A DNA stretch of 64,000 nt from Oculatellaceae cyanobacterium bins.114 (GTDB lineage: Bacteria > Cyanobacteriota > Cyanobacteriia > Elainellales > Elainellaceae). This document shows, in pieces, positions 10,117 to 20,438 of the stretch. Position numbers and translations under genes: made by a program. Numbering within the stretch: the stretch's first letter is position 1; each line of letters starts with the position of its first letter. The DNA lies in the NCBI GenBank assembly GCA_033764315.1, contig JANRJA010000242.1, forward strand, positions 15,700 to 79,699, read 5' to 3'. A model generated the notes under the pieces. That model did not search any database and was not told the origin of the DNA. It saw only the letters and a program-made list of their open reading frames with translations.

Positions 10117-11529
10117 CTACGATGAACTAGCCTGTTTTTGCCAGGTTTGAAATTGTTGTGTTTCTTCTAACACTGGGTTGATACCAAACCAGCGTCCCTG
10201 TTGATCCCAATATTCAAAGAAAAACATACTGGGAAGCAAAATTTGAAACTCCTCTTCCCCTCGCAGGGTTTGCTGTTGCACCACCCGCAAGATCATCTCC
10301 CACTCTTTATCGTCAATCGTCAACAGCAAGTCATCTCGATATTCTTGAATCACTCGCTCCACACAGCGACGATTCAGTGGCAAGTCTTCGCGTCGTAAGC
10401 AGGAATAGAGCAGTGCCAAGAGTTTTCGCACATGTCCACCACTCACCCAACACAATCGATCAAGGGTTTCAGAGCTATCAAACACTTTGGTAATGCGCTC
10501 CTCAAATTGGGCATCCAATTGAGCCTGATCTAGATCGTCAGTTGGCACCAACTCAGGAAAAGCTCGAACTAACACCATCTGGCGCAACAGACGCATTCCC
10601 TCTGGCTCGACACCTCCCGTCCGATGCCGCACTGGCACCATCGGCAGCACCTTGGGAGCCATGCCCCCTCCCAAGCGATTTTTGAGCATTTCACTGCTAT
10701 TTGAGAACAGCAACATCAGGGGCACCGTGTAGACCAGATGGCACTTGAGGTTGCGGAGTTGCTCGCCACGATCGATAAACAGATACTCTGTCTGAAGCTT
10801 GCCCGACACCGACGGACGCGGTTCCACCCGATCCAGGTTATCGACAATCACCACCAGTCCTTTTTTGCCCTGCTGCTTGAGAATTTGGGTCGCAGGTTGC
10901 AACAACTCGTCGTTGATGACTTGCAAAATCGTGTTGGTGCGCGGTTCTAGATATTGCCGCAAGCGACTGCGCAGATTGGGGCTATCTTTGACACGAGCCG
11001 TAATCTTGCCAATTCCCACAGGCAATGAAAATTCCAGGTTGCCGCTAGAGCTAGCAGAGACTTTGCCCAACCCCGCCAACTCTGCCTCCCCAGACAACTC
11101 AACAGGGGTTTGCAAAAACTCAACTGTTTTTCTGAGAAACTCTCTAAACCCCTTGGGTTGTAAAAAGATCTGACTGCGCTCTAAACTCTCACTCACCTGA
11201 CGGGCGATCGCCAACAAGATATCTGTCACCTCAACATCGACCATGTCGAGGTCTTGAGTTGACTCAAAGTAGACAACATAAAAATTTTGTTGCTCTAACT
11301 CAGCTTTGAGGCGCAACAGTTCCGTTGATTTGCCACAGCCGATGTGACCGCTAAAGAGTTGACACGTGGGACGCTCGGAGGAAAATCGAATCGTGCGTTC
11401 GAGTTCTCGAATCATGTTGCTGCCTCGAACAGCAGAAAAATCAATGTAATAGGGTTGATCTTCGGGGTTACCTAGATTAAGCGTGCGGGTGGGGTTGCAA
11501 ACATCAAAAAAACGCTGAAAGTCTACCAT
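10117..11529 (-). CDS. P-loop ATPase (AAA/STAND-like) partner of the downstream WD40 protein
   Basis: GHIGCGKST Walker A, VVIVDNLDRV Walker B, SGGHVR. Stop lies 2 bp from the next start. Confidence 0.9.
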   Translation of the reverse strand: MVDFQRFFDVCNPTRTLNLGNPEDQPYYIDFSAVRGSNMIRELERTIRFSSERPTCQLFSGHIGCGKSTELLRLKAELEQQNFYVVYFESTQDLDMVDVEVTDILLAIARQVSESLERSQIFLQPKGFREFLRKTVEFLQTPVELSGEAELAGLGKVSASSSGNLEFSLPVGIGKITARVKDSPNLRSRLRQYLEPRTNTILQVINDELLQPATQILKQQGKKGLVVIVDNLDRVEPRPSVSGKLQTEYLFIDRGEQLRNLKCHLVYTVPLMLLFSNSSEMLKNRLGGGMAPKVLPMVPVRHRTGGVEPEGMRLLRQMVLVRAFPELVPTDDLDQAQLDAQFEERITKVFDSSETLDRLCWVSGGHVRKLLALLYSCLRREDLPLNRRCVERVIQEYRDDLLLTIDDKEWEMILRVVQQQTLRGEEEFQILLPSMFFFEYWDQQGRWFGINPVLEETQQFQTWQKQASSS

Positions 11530-11860
11530 TGCTCTTGTCCAGTCAGGGGGGCTTGATGGTGCTCATCATGGGGCGCATAAAAAGCTACCCGATGGTGATT
11601 CACGATTCCGGTTTTACATCTACTTTTCTTGAGAGAGTCACGCTTTTATGCCAGTCATCTGAGCGGTGCACAGGGTACTGCCATCTTACTCCTGCTGAGT
11701 CATAGGACACAGTTCCCCAATTGGGTCATTTTGATAGCCTAGTATTGTGACGTGTTTTAGCAGGGTTGAACAGATGGAGTCACCCCTCATGACTCAATCT
11801 TCAGGGCAATCTCTCATGAGCTTTCACAAAACTCCGCTGCACGTTTGGCGATCGCTCTAC

Positions 11861-11965
11861 TATAGCCGTAGTCATTCAGGTTAGGACGGGGTGCAGGGGT
11901 GGAACCCCTAGCTGGGGGCGATGCCCCCACAACTCCTATGTCCTAAGTTAGCTGGCTACAGCTAT
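11861..11965. mobile_element. MITE, TATAGC...GCTATA family (subtype A)
   Basis: Imperfect ~26-bp terminal inverted repeats (TATAGCCGTAGTCATTCAGGTTAGGAC / GTCCTAAGTTAGCTGGCTACAGCTAT). Internal hairpins AGGGGTGGAACCCCT and TGGGGGCGATGCCCCCA. Confidence 0.7.
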
Positions 11966-12184
11966 CTCTCTGATCATGACTCAAAGACACGTTGACCAGT
12001 ACCAGAATTTGCCTAAGACTTTCACCGAACGGTAGCGGGTTTGTTGAATGGGAATGGAGTGAATTTAGCCCCGGCTAACCCTTCAAATCAACTTCAATTG
12101 CAAGTCAGTAAATGGGTGGCTTACCCAGTTTAAAGATGCGTTGTAAAGCCCTAAAGTTCCAGTACAAACTAACTTATTGAGCAC

Positions 12185-12907
12185 TCAAATCGCCGTTGGA
12201 TCAACTCCTAATTCGCGCAACTTTGCCGCTAACCGATCAGCGCGTTGTCGTTCTGCCTCAGTTGTTGCCTGGGCGATCGCCGCTGCTTCTTCTGGGGTTT
12301 GCACCAACTCTCCATTAGCCGTAAAAAAGCGTAACTGGCGATCGTGAATGCCCAAAAACAACCCTAACTGTTGACTCCACCGATGACCTTGATCAGTCAG
12401 GGGAATCTCCTGATAAGCTCCATCTACTAAATGAAATCCCTCAAACTCCAAACTCTCAGGGTCAAACCAAAAATAATCCGGAGTCCGAAAGATGTCTTGA
12501 TAAATCTCTTTCTTTAAGCCGCGATCGGTTTGAGCCGTAGAGTCTGACAACAACTCAACAATCACATTTGGATATTGACCGTTCTCTTCCCATACCACCC
12601 AACTCTTGCGAGGCTTGCGCTCCGTGCCTAATACGACAAAGAAATCCGGTCCTCGAAAATCCTCTGACTTCCGCCGTTGAGAGCTGTAGTAAATTGTAAG
12701 ATTGCCAGCTGCAAAGTAATCATTTCGGTCTTGCCACAACCAATCTAAACATTTAATCAACAGCATCATTTGCTGTAAATGAAGATAACTTTCCAAGGGG
12801 GGTTCGTTGCTGTAGAGACCACCAGGCGGAAACACAACACCATTGAGGGTCACCTCTTCTGTGACGGGGGTTTGGTGTGGCTGATTAGCAGTGACAGACA
12901 TAGGCAT
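12185..12907 (-). CDS. Uma2 family (PD-(D/E)XK) endonuclease-like protein
   Basis: SNEPPLESYLHLQQ, FRGPDFFVV, PNVIVELLSDST, C-terminal RLAAKLRELGVDP. Confidence 0.9.
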   Translation of the reverse strand: MPMSVTANQPHQTPVTEEVTLNGVVFPPGGLYSNEPPLESYLHLQQMMLLIKCLDWLWQDRNDYFAAGNLTIYYSSQRRKSEDFRGPDFFVVLGTERKPRKSWVVWEENGQYPNVIVELLSDSTAQTDRGLKKEIYQDIFRTPDYFWFDPESLEFEGFHLVDGAYQEIPLTDQGHRWSQQLGLFLGIHDRQLRFFTANGELVQTPEEAAAIAQATTEAERQRADRLAAKLRELGVDPTAI

Positions 12908-12964
12908 CAACCCTCAACTTAAGGAGCATACTACAATAGTAAGGGCTACGGTGGGATTAAGCTG

Positions 12965-13249
12965 ATGCACGTGCCTGAAACAAACTCAGAGATAACTAAG
13001 CATTCAACATCTGCCCTCAATCTCTATGAAGCAGACTTCTACGCTTGGACTCAAGAACAAGCCGTATTTCTCCGCAATCAACAGTGGAGTCAGCTTGACT
13101 TGCCGAATGTGATTGAGGAGATTGAATCTTTGGGCAAACAGCAACGCCAAGAACTCCGCGATCGCTTAAGTGTGTTAATTGGACATTTGCTGAAATGGCA
13201 CTACCAAGCAAGTTTTATGAAGCAAATGTCACTTGTGCTAAATCGCTAG
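12965..13249 (+). pseudogene. DUF29 family protein, C-terminally truncated
   Basis: LYEADFYAWTQEQA...IEEIESLGKQQRQELRDRLSVLIGHLLKWHYQ is the DUF29 N-terminal half. Similarity stops at about 13207, where the frame runs into the antisense strand of the ABC gene. Confidence 0.75.
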
Positions 13250-13931
13250 GATGCATGTGAGCATTGACCACTTCGCCATCACGAAACCAAACCACACGAT
13301 TAGTCAGACGAGCCACTTCCGGTTCATGTGTCACCATGACAACCGTGATACCGCTCTTGTTGAGTTCTGCAAAAATGTCCATCACCTCTTGGGTGGTGTG
13401 AGAGTCGAGTGCTCCGGTTGGTTCGTCGGCTAACAGCAACACCGGACGATTGACAATGGCACGGGCGATCGCCACCCGTTGTTGCTGTCCCCCTGAGAGT
13501 TGATTAGGTTTATTGTTTAACCGATTGGCTAAGCCTACACGAGTCAAAGCTTCCGCTGCTCGTTCTTGTCGTTCTCGTTGGGGCACACCCGCATAGACCA
13601 TCGGCAACATGACGTTTTCAAGCGCACTCAATTGCGCTAACAGATGAAACTGCTGAAACACAAAACCAATCTTGCGGTTGCGAACGTGAGCCAATTCTTC
13701 ATCGCGCATTTGAGCCACATCTAAACCGTCTAGGTAATAACTGCCAGAGGTGGGGCGATCGAGGCAGCCAATCACATTCATTGCGGTTGATTTACCCGAT
13801 CCTGACGGCCCCATAATGGCGCAATACTCCCCCGCATCAACCGTCAAACTGACATCTGACAAGGCTCGTACTTCGGTGTTGCCGGAACCGTAGATTTTAG
13901 AGATGTGTTCGAGGCGAATGATGGTTTTCAT
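13215..13931 (-). CDS. ABC transporter ATP-binding protein (MacB/LolD type)
   Basis: [38 protein letters not shown]. Confidence 0.95.
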   Translation of the reverse strand: MKTIIRLEHISKIYGSGNTEVRALSDVSLTVDAGEYCAIMGPSGSGKSTAMNVIGCLDRPTSGSYYLDGLDVAQMRDEELAHVRNRKIGFVFQQFHLLAQLSALENVMLPMVYAGVPQRERQERAAEALTRVGLANRLNNKPNQLSGGQQQRVAIARAIVNRPVLLLADEPTGALDSHTTQEVMDIFAELNKSGITVVMVTHEPEVARLTNRVVWFRDGEVVNAHMHPSDLAQVTFAS

Positions 13932-14063
13932 AGGAAGGAATGAAGGATAAAGGATTGAGAATAAAACTGGAGAAACAAAGAGAGAAATAAAAAGATGAAG
14001 GATATAGATTTATTGGTATGTTTTTTTATCGTTTATCCTTCATCGTTTATCCTTTCCCCAACA

Positions 14064-15281
14064 CTATGCACTTCTCAATGCCACGATGGGATCGAGTTTA
14101 GCCGCTTGACGCGCGGGCACCACACCAAAGAACAACCCGATCGCCCCAGAGACACCCACCGCTAAAATCACGGCTGAAGTCGAAACACCTGTTTTTAGAG
14201 GAGTCACACTACTCACCAACAACACTCCACCAGACCCGATCGCCGTTCCTACAATCCCTCCGATCGCCGCCAAAATAATCGCTTCAATCATAAACTGCAC
14301 CAAAATGTCCTGTTGAGAGGCACCGATCGCCTTACGCAAACCAATCTCATGCGTCCGCTCTCGCACCGACACCAGCATGATGTTCATAATGCCGATGCCA
14401 CCCACGAAGAGAGAGATTCCAGCGATCGCCGCCAACATTAACGTCAACGCCCCGGTCACATTACCGACGATTTCTAACGCATCTTTTTGAGTTCGCACGG
14501 TAAAATCATCTTCGTTCACAACCTTGTGGCGCAACCGCAATAGATTAGTAATTTGAAACTGAGCGGCACCTACCGACGCCTCATCTTTAGCGGTCGCTGA
14601 AATAAACGTTACTTCAGTGCCAAAGGGAGAAGAGTTTCCCGTCAACCGACTTGACATCGTCGTCAGCGGAATGAACACTACATCATCCTGGTTGTTCCCC
14701 AAAAATGCGCCTTTTGCCTCCATCACCCCAATCACCTCAAAACTGAGGTTTCTAATGCGAATTTGTTGTCCGATTGGGTCTGAGTTGCCAAATAAACTGT
14801 TTGCAATATCCGCCCCAATTGCCGCGACTCGGTTATTGCGTTCTAAATCCAACTCTGTGAAAAAGCGACCTTGTCCAACTTCAAAACTGCGAACTGTCGT
14901 GAAATTAGGAGTCGTGCCTGTGACCAGGGTACTCGCCGTTTGACTGCGATATGTGACTGGATATTGGCTTTGCAACTGGGGAGACACCGCTTCGACCGAG
15001 GGGACTTGAGAAGCGATCGCCTGTGAGTCTTCTAAGGTCAGGTTGCGAGGCACATTTAACGTCCGTTGTCGTGACTCGTCACTACCCGGAATGATAAACA
15101 ACACGTTTGGCCCCAGCGACTCAAACTGCTCAGAGGCATATTGCTTTGCTCCTTCACCCACACCCACCATCGTGATCACCGACGCATTGCCAATGATAAT
15201 ACCCAACATGGTCAACGTGCTTCTCAATTTATTGGCAGTGAGTGTTTTAACTGCCATTCCAACGCTTTCAAGGAGATCCAT
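14064..15281 (-). CDS. ABC transporter permease (MacB/FtsX family)
   Basis: NKLRSTLTMLGIIIG, VGGIGIMNIMLVSVRERTHEIGLRKAIGA, PARQAAKLDPIVALR. Start taken at MDLLES. Confidence 0.95.
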   Translation of the reverse strand: MDLLESVGMAVKTLTANKLRSTLTMLGIIIGNASVITMVGVGEGAKQYASEQFESLGPNVLFIIPGSDESRQRTLNVPRNLTLEDSQAIASQVPSVEAVSPQLQSQYPVTYRSQTASTLVTGTTPNFTTVRSFEVGQGRFFTELDLERNNRVAAIGADIANSLFGNSDPIGQQIRIRNLSFEVIGVMEAKGAFLGNNQDDVVFIPLTTMSSRLTGNSSPFGTEVTFISATAKDEASVGAAQFQITNLLRLRHKVVNEDDFTVRTQKDALEIVGNVTGALTLMLAAIAGISLFVGGIGIMNIMLVSVRERTHEIGLRKAIGASQQDILVQFMIEAIILAAIGGIVGTAIGSGGVLLVSSVTPLKTGVSTSAVILAVGVSGAIGLFFGVVPARQAAKLDPIVALRSA

Positions 15282-15402
15282 AAAGAGAAAAGAAGAAGAG
15301 GAAAAAAAGAAAAAAGAAGCAGGATACAAGAGAAGAAACAAAGAATGAAACATGACTAAAAAGCTGAGCTAATTCGCTCTTCATGATTCACGCTTCATTC
15401 TT

Positions 15403-16737
15403 TTATTCCTCCTGCTGAATCCATTCCTGTTTTTGGTCAGGGGGAAGATCAATGAAGACTCGCTCACCGGGTTGCAATCCCTCTAAAACTTGGGTTTGAT
15501 CGCCAACGGCTGTACCCAGTTGCACAGGGCGAAATTCGGCCCGGTTATTTGCACCCGGCACCAGCACACCCGTTTCCCCTTCTTTAGTGACGATCGCCAC
15601 AGTGGGAACCGTAATAGCATTATTCAGGCGATCGCCTAAAAAGGTCAGATCCACATTCATGCCCGATAACAACTTGTCTTGTCCAGTGGTTAGATCGATC
15701 CGCACTTGGAAGGAGGTGACGTTTTGCTCAACAACGGCCTCAGGTGCCACGAGGCGGACTCGACCTTGAAACACCTGATCGGGGTATGCATCCGCAACGA
15801 CTTCCACGGTTTGACCCGGTCGAATGGCGTTAATGTCTACTTCAGGGATCTCGGCTAACACCTCTAAACCACTGGCGACTGCCACAATGGCCGTTGAGGT
15901 CGCTGAGCTTGCTTCTGAGGCAGACGTAGTAGGCGTTACAAACGCCCCTTCAGTCGCATATTTTTGGGTGATTACCCCATCAAAGGGTGCCCGAATAACG
16001 GTATCTTCCAGTTGCACATTCACCGCCTGGAGTCGTCCTCGCGCCTCGGCCAACTCTGCCTCAGCCGCCGCAATCTCTTCGACCCGACTCCCACTCCGGG
16101 TCAATGCCAACTGTTGCTCTGCTTCACGCACCCCCGCTCGATTTTGTTCTAGGGTTGCTTGTGCCGTAGCCGCATCTCGCAAAATCGCATCAAACTCATC
16201 TTGAGAAATAGCTCCTTCCTGCAACAACATGCGGTTACGCTCAACTCGATCACTTTCCCGATCAAGCCGCGCCTGAGCCTCAACTACCCGTGCCTGAGAC
16301 TGCTCAACCGCCGCTTGTTTTTGGGCAATTTCTTGAGGACGGCTGCCCGCTCGCAACTCTGCCAAACGGGCTTGAGATTGTGCCACCCTCGCTTGCGCCT
16401 GCAACATCTCTGCTTGAGTACTGTCACTCTCCATGCGAGCAATAATTTGCCCTTGACGGACGCGATCGCCCTGTTCAACATATAGCTCAGCTAAAATTCC
16501 TGTCGATTTAGGACTGAGGTTCACTGTTTGAAAAGGCTGCACCGTTCCACTGGCGGTAATGCGAACCGTCAAAGGCTGAGACTGAACCGTTTCTGTCAAG
16601 GCAGTGATATCGGGCACAGCCGAGCGTTGACGCACGATGCCAACGGTGGTTGCACCTGCACCAATAATGCCAACGGCGAGCAATGCCAATACCCAAGGAG
16701 CAGGTTGACGAACTTTGCCAATAAACGGGACTTGCAT
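15403..16737 (-). CDS. Efflux transporter periplasmic adaptor (MacA/HlyD-type membrane fusion protein)
   Basis: N-terminal TM, lipoyl-like halves (LYVEQGDRVRQGQ / IRAPFDGVIT), long coiled coil. Confidence 0.93.
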   Translation of the reverse strand: MQVPFIGKVRQPAPWVLALLAVGIIGAGATTVGIVRQRSAVPDITALTETVQSQPLTVRITASGTVQPFQTVNLSPKSTGILAELYVEQGDRVRQGQIIARMESDSTQAEMLQAQARVAQSQARLAELRAGSRPQEIAQKQAAVEQSQARVVEAQARLDRESDRVERNRMLLQEGAISQDEFDAILRDAATAQATLEQNRAGVREAEQQLALTRSGSRVEEIAAAEAELAEARGRLQAVNVQLEDTVIRAPFDGVITQKYATEGAFVTPTTSASEASSATSTAIVAVASGLEVLAEIPEVDINAIRPGQTVEVVADAYPDQVFQGRVRLVAPEAVVEQNVTSFQVRIDLTTGQDKLLSGMNVDLTFLGDRLNNAITVPTVAIVTKEGETGVLVPGANNRAEFRPVQLGTAVGDQTQVLEGLQPGERVFIDLPPDQKQEWIQQEE

Positions 16738-16822
16738 AACCACTGTCCTCTAGGGAACTAAAAGTAAAAGAGTGAATAAAGAGCGAACCGTTACCAATCG
16801 AACGTGAAGGGGCAACCAAACA

Positions 16823-17338
16823 TCAGGAATTACGGCGGTGGATGCGATTGACAGTCAATGCTCTTTGTTTTTCGTCTTGTTCTTGCTGCCATCGTTGATA
16901 GAGCAAAGGCAATTCCCGTTCCCAAAACGCATGAATGTCATGCATCTCTTGTAAGCGTTGTTGTTGTGAGGGAGGTGCACCTTCGAGCAGTTTTAGTCCT
17001 TGTTCAGCTAATTTGCGAAAGGCAGTCACTCGCACCACTTGCTGCTGAGTAATCTGAGACCAGGCATTGGGCTTGATTTGAAAATAATCGCGGCGATCGC
17101 CCGGAAAGATGACTCGCTCAATCAAACTAAGTTGAATCAGTAAACGGGTCATCATGCTGATGGAGCCTTTACTGGCTTGCAGCACTTCAGCCAACTCATT
17201 ATGAGACTGATGAGACGGCTGCGAGATCAACAACCACCCAAAAATGCGACCTGCCATGCGGGGCAACCCGACTTGCTCAAACATCAAGCCGACTTCCTCT
17301 ACAAAGTGTTGCTGTTCAAAAAGATGCTCTGAAATCAA
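16823..17338 (-). CDS. GbsR/MarR family transcriptional regulator
   Basis: GLPRMAGRIFGWLLI, LAEVLQASKGSISMMTRLL, PGDRRDYF. TTG start. Confidence 0.88.
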   Translation of the reverse strand: MISEHLFEQQHFVEEVGLMFEQVGLPRMAGRIFGWLLISQPSHQSHNELAEVLQASKGSISMMTRLLIQLSLIERVIFPGDRRDYFQIKPNAWSQITQQQVVRVTAFRKLAEQGLKLLEGAPPSQQQRLQEMHDIHAFWERELPLLYQRWQQEQDEKQRALTVNRIHRRNS

Positions 17339-17401
17339 GGGTTTGTAAAATGAATGAGATTACTTAACATAGCGTTACCTTAATACTAGCAAATTTTAAA
17401 C

Positions 17402-17428
17402 GTTCAGTCAGTACTGAACATACTGAAC
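17402..17428. promoter_or_regulatory. Palindromic operator candidate for the GbsR-like regulator
   Basis: Perfect GTTCAGT-N4-ACTGAAC (17402-17419) plus an extra TACTGAAC half-site, about 65 bp upstream of the regulator/efflux operon. Confidence 0.6.
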
Positions 17429-17690
17429 CAACTCCATCAATAGGCTTATCTTAATGCGATCGCCCCTGATGAGGCATGGGACAGAAGTCACGAATATGGG
17501 GGCATTGTTCTAGGACAATGGTCACTTCTACAACGGTTTTTAGGCGAGTGCTGAGCCATGATTCCTTTGCCCTCTTTGCAACCCCCTCTCTTCAAGACAT
17601 AGTCCTACTTATAAGACTTAAAACATAGAAAAAACTCCCCCAGATGACCTGTCCGGAAGAGTGATTTTTGGTCGTCTTAATCATGTGTTG

Positions 17691-17759
17691 TATAGCAATC
17701 CCAAACGGGGTGCGCCTCTTACAACTCCCTAATCTCACAACTGATTTGGGACAGCTATA
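17691..17759. mobile_element. MITE, TATAGCAATCCCAAA family (internally deleted copy)
   Basis: Ends TATAGCAATCCCAAA / TTTGGGACAGCTATA. Body matches the right half of the 53350-53442 copy. Confidence 0.75.
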
Positions 17760-17779
17760 GCTGAGAAGTAAACAGCGGG

Positions 17780-18193
17780 CTATTGCAAAATGACTGGCAT
17801 CAGCACCGTGTCGATCGAATGAATCACTCCGTTCTCTGCCAAAATATCCATCTGTAAGACTTTTGCACCATTCACCCGAACCCCATCTTGAGCTTGCTCA
17901 ATGGCAAGAATTCCACCTTCAACGCTCGGTGCCTCGTCAATTTGCAGCAAATCGTCTGAGCGCACATCACCCGACACGACATGATAAAGCAGGATTTGTT
18001 TGAGCTTGTGAGTGTCTTCTAGCAAAGAATCCAGCACACCCGACGGTAACTGATCAAAGGCGTTGTCAGTGGGTGCCAAAACTGTGTAAGGACCAGGACT
18101 ATTCAAAATTTCTTCTAGCTCAGCCACTTTGAGAGCTGTCAGCAGCGTCTTAAATGAGCCTGCACTATTTGCTGTTGCTATCAAATCAGCCAT
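17780..18193 (-). CDS. Fasciclin (FAS1) domain protein
   Basis: AGSFKTLLTAL, GPYTVLAPTDNAF, LLYHVV, ENGVIHSIDTVL. Confidence 0.93.
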   Translation of the reverse strand: MADLIATANSAGSFKTLLTALKVAELEEILNSPGPYTVLAPTDNAFDQLPSGVLDSLLEDTHKLKQILLYHVVSGDVRSDDLLQIDEAPSVEGGILAIEQAQDGVRVNGAKVLQMDILAENGVIHSIDTVLMPVILQ

Positions 18194-18532
18194 AACCCTT
18201 CTCCGATTGAAGTTTCTCTCTGTTTAAGGGATAGGCTAAAAGCCCTAACCAATCATCTTACGTAGGGATGAGACCCTCTTCTCTCAACTCTTTTGGGGTG
18301 GGTTAATCTTGCACCCCTGACAACAAATTTCTGCACCTGAAGTGTGGCTAACCTGTCCAGTCCATCTGTGAAAGTTAAGGAAATAATTCGGCAATTCCAC
18401 ACTCTGAGCATCTTGCCCGCGAGCGAGCCGATCGCACTTCGTTTTTAGCCTTCAGCTTTTAGCCTTTTGAGGTGTCGCTCTGTGTCAAAATGAGAAACAG
18501 TGGTTAATGTTTTTTAGCGTTTAGGTAGTTCT

Positions 18533-19654
18533 GTGAGTTCTTCTACTTCCGTCAGTCTTGCTAACCCCTCCCTGACCCGGCGTCCAGTCTTTCCATTTAC
18601 GGCAATCGTTGGTCAAAAAGAGATGAAACTGGCGTTGATGTTAAATGTGATCGACCCCAAAATTGGTGGAGTCATGATTATGGGCGATCGCGGCACTGGA
18701 AAATCAACCACGATTCGGGCGTTGGCAGACTTGCTTCCTGAGATCGAGATCGTGGCAGATGATCCGTTCAGTAGCCATCCCAGTGATCCTGATTTGATGA
18801 GCGATGAGGTCAAGCAACAACTAGAGCAGGGTCATCCGCTTCCAGTGGCGCGTAAAAAGGTGCAGATGGTTGACCTGCCGTTGGGTGCAACTGAAGATCG
18901 AGTGTGCGGCACGATCGATATTGAAAAAGCGTTGTCAGAAGGGGTCAAGGCATTTGAGCCAGGCTTGCTCGCGAAAGCTAATCGGGGCATTCTCTATGTT
19001 GATGAAGTCAACCTGTTAGATGACCACTTGGTGGATGTACTGCTGGATTCGGCGGCTTCGGGTTGGAACACGGTTGAACGGGAAGGTATTTCGATTCGTC
19101 ACCCAGCTCGATTTGTCTTAGTTGGCTCTGGCAACCCTGAAGAAGGAGAACTGCGACCTCAACTCCTCGATCGCTTTGGCATGCACGCTGAGATTCGCAC
19201 TGTCAAAGAACCCACTTTGCGAGTTCAAATTGTCGAACAACGCACTGAGTTTGACCAAGAACCTAGACCCTTTTTAGAGAAATATCAGGCTCAACAAGAT
19301 GCCCTACAAGAAAAGCTAGTGGGTGCTCAAAACCGCCTGTCTGAGGTATCGATCGATTACGATTTGCGCGTCAAGATTTCTCAAGTGTGCGCTGAGTTAG
19401 ATGTGGATGGCTTGCGCGGCGATATTGTAACCAATCGCGCTTCAAAGGCGATCGCGGCCCTTGAGGGACGCACTGAAGTCACTGTTGACGATATTCGTCG
19501 GGTGATTGGTCTGTGTTTGCGGCATCGGCTCCGCAAAGACCCACTAGAATCTATTGACTCTGGTTACAAAGTGGATAAGGTGTTTAGTCAAGTGTTTGGG
19601 CTGGCAGAAACCGAGGAACCGACCCAAAACGGAGCCAGTGTGCGATCGCGCTAA
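18533..19654 (+). CDS. chlI: Magnesium chelatase ATPase subunit I
   Basis: [57 protein letters not shown]. Confidence 0.98.
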   Translation: MSSSTSVSLANPSLTRRPVFPFTAIVGQKEMKLALMLNVIDPKIGGVMIMGDRGTGKSTTIRALADLLPEIEIVADDPFSSHPSDPDLMSDEVKQQLEQGHPLPVARKKVQMVDLPLGATEDRVCGTIDIEKALSEGVKAFEPGLLAKANRGILYVDEVNLLDDHLVDVLLDSAASGWNTVEREGISIRHPARFVLVGSGNPEEGELRPQLLDRFGMHAEIRTVKEPTLRVQIVEQRTEFDQEPRPFLEKYQAQQDALQEKLVGAQNRLSEVSIDYDLRVKISQVCAELDVDGLRGDIVTNRASKAIAALEGRTEVTVDDIRRVIGLCLRHRLRKDPLESIDSGYKVDKVFSQVFGLAETEEPTQNGASVRSR

Positions 19655-19682
19655 ACCAGCTAAACCCGTTTCAGGGTAATAG

Positions 19683-20180
19683 TTAAGCTACGTTGGCTCG
19701 TGCTCCACACTGAGCAGCATAGGCGATCGCTAACCCATCGGCACTGTCATCTGGCGTCGGGGGTTTGGGCAACCCAAAAATTTGCATGACGGCTTGCTTG
19801 ATCTCATACTTATTGGCCCCATATTGAGCAACGGCAGCTTTGACTTGAGATTGGTGCAGATAGATCAAATCGATGAGTCCGCAATCGCCTAATGCCAGCT
19901 CAATCACACCCAGTGCCCGCATTACTTTAGTTGCATTTGTGTTTTCGCGTCCAAAAAATGGCATTTCTAAAGCTGCAATATCAGGCTTGACCATCTGACA
20001 CAGCTCTTGAATATCAGCTCGAATCTGGCTAAGACGCTCATACATGGGGGCATTGGCTGGAGTGGTAATGACACCATACTCCAACGCCACATCACCCTGG
20101 ATCACCCCAAACCCAATACTGGCGATCGCGGGATCGATGCCCAGAATGATGCAATTGTTCAAGTCGAGGGGGGCATGCAT
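19683..20180 (-). CDS. ruvC: Crossover junction endodeoxyribonuclease RuvC-like
   Basis: ILGIDP, ALEMPFF, QVKAAVAQYGANKYEI, PDDSADGLAIA. The catalytic acidic residues are present. Confidence 0.85.
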   Translation of the reverse strand: MHAPLDLNNCIILGIDPAIASIGFGVIQGDVALEYGVITTPANAPMYERLSQIRADIQELCQMVKPDIAALEMPFFGRENTNATKVMRALGVIELALGDCGLIDLIYLHQSQVKAAVAQYGANKYEIKQAVMQIFGLPKPPTPDDSADGLAIAYAAQCGARANVA

Positions 20181-20438
20181 ACAGCCAGAGCCGAATCAGT
20201 TCTGTAGAGCAATCGTACTACTGATTGGTGCGATCGTCCAAGGGATTCAGTAATCTCAACAATTGGTCAACTGGCTCCTTAAAAGGTGCATCTAGTGATT
20301 GGGGGACTGAACTCTACTCTGAGTCTGCTTGAGCAGACTTTATACTATTAGCCCGTAACTTTAGTCGCGGGCGAAATGGAGCCAAGGCAAAGCCTGTCTT
20401 GACCCAAAAATCTGGGACATACCCTATGGGGCGATCGC

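Noticed and set aside
13932-14060. Purine-rich heptamer-like repeats (GGATAAA/GGATGAA), also near 50260-50345
   Set aside because: Degenerate short tandem repeats of a kind common in filamentous cyanobacteria.
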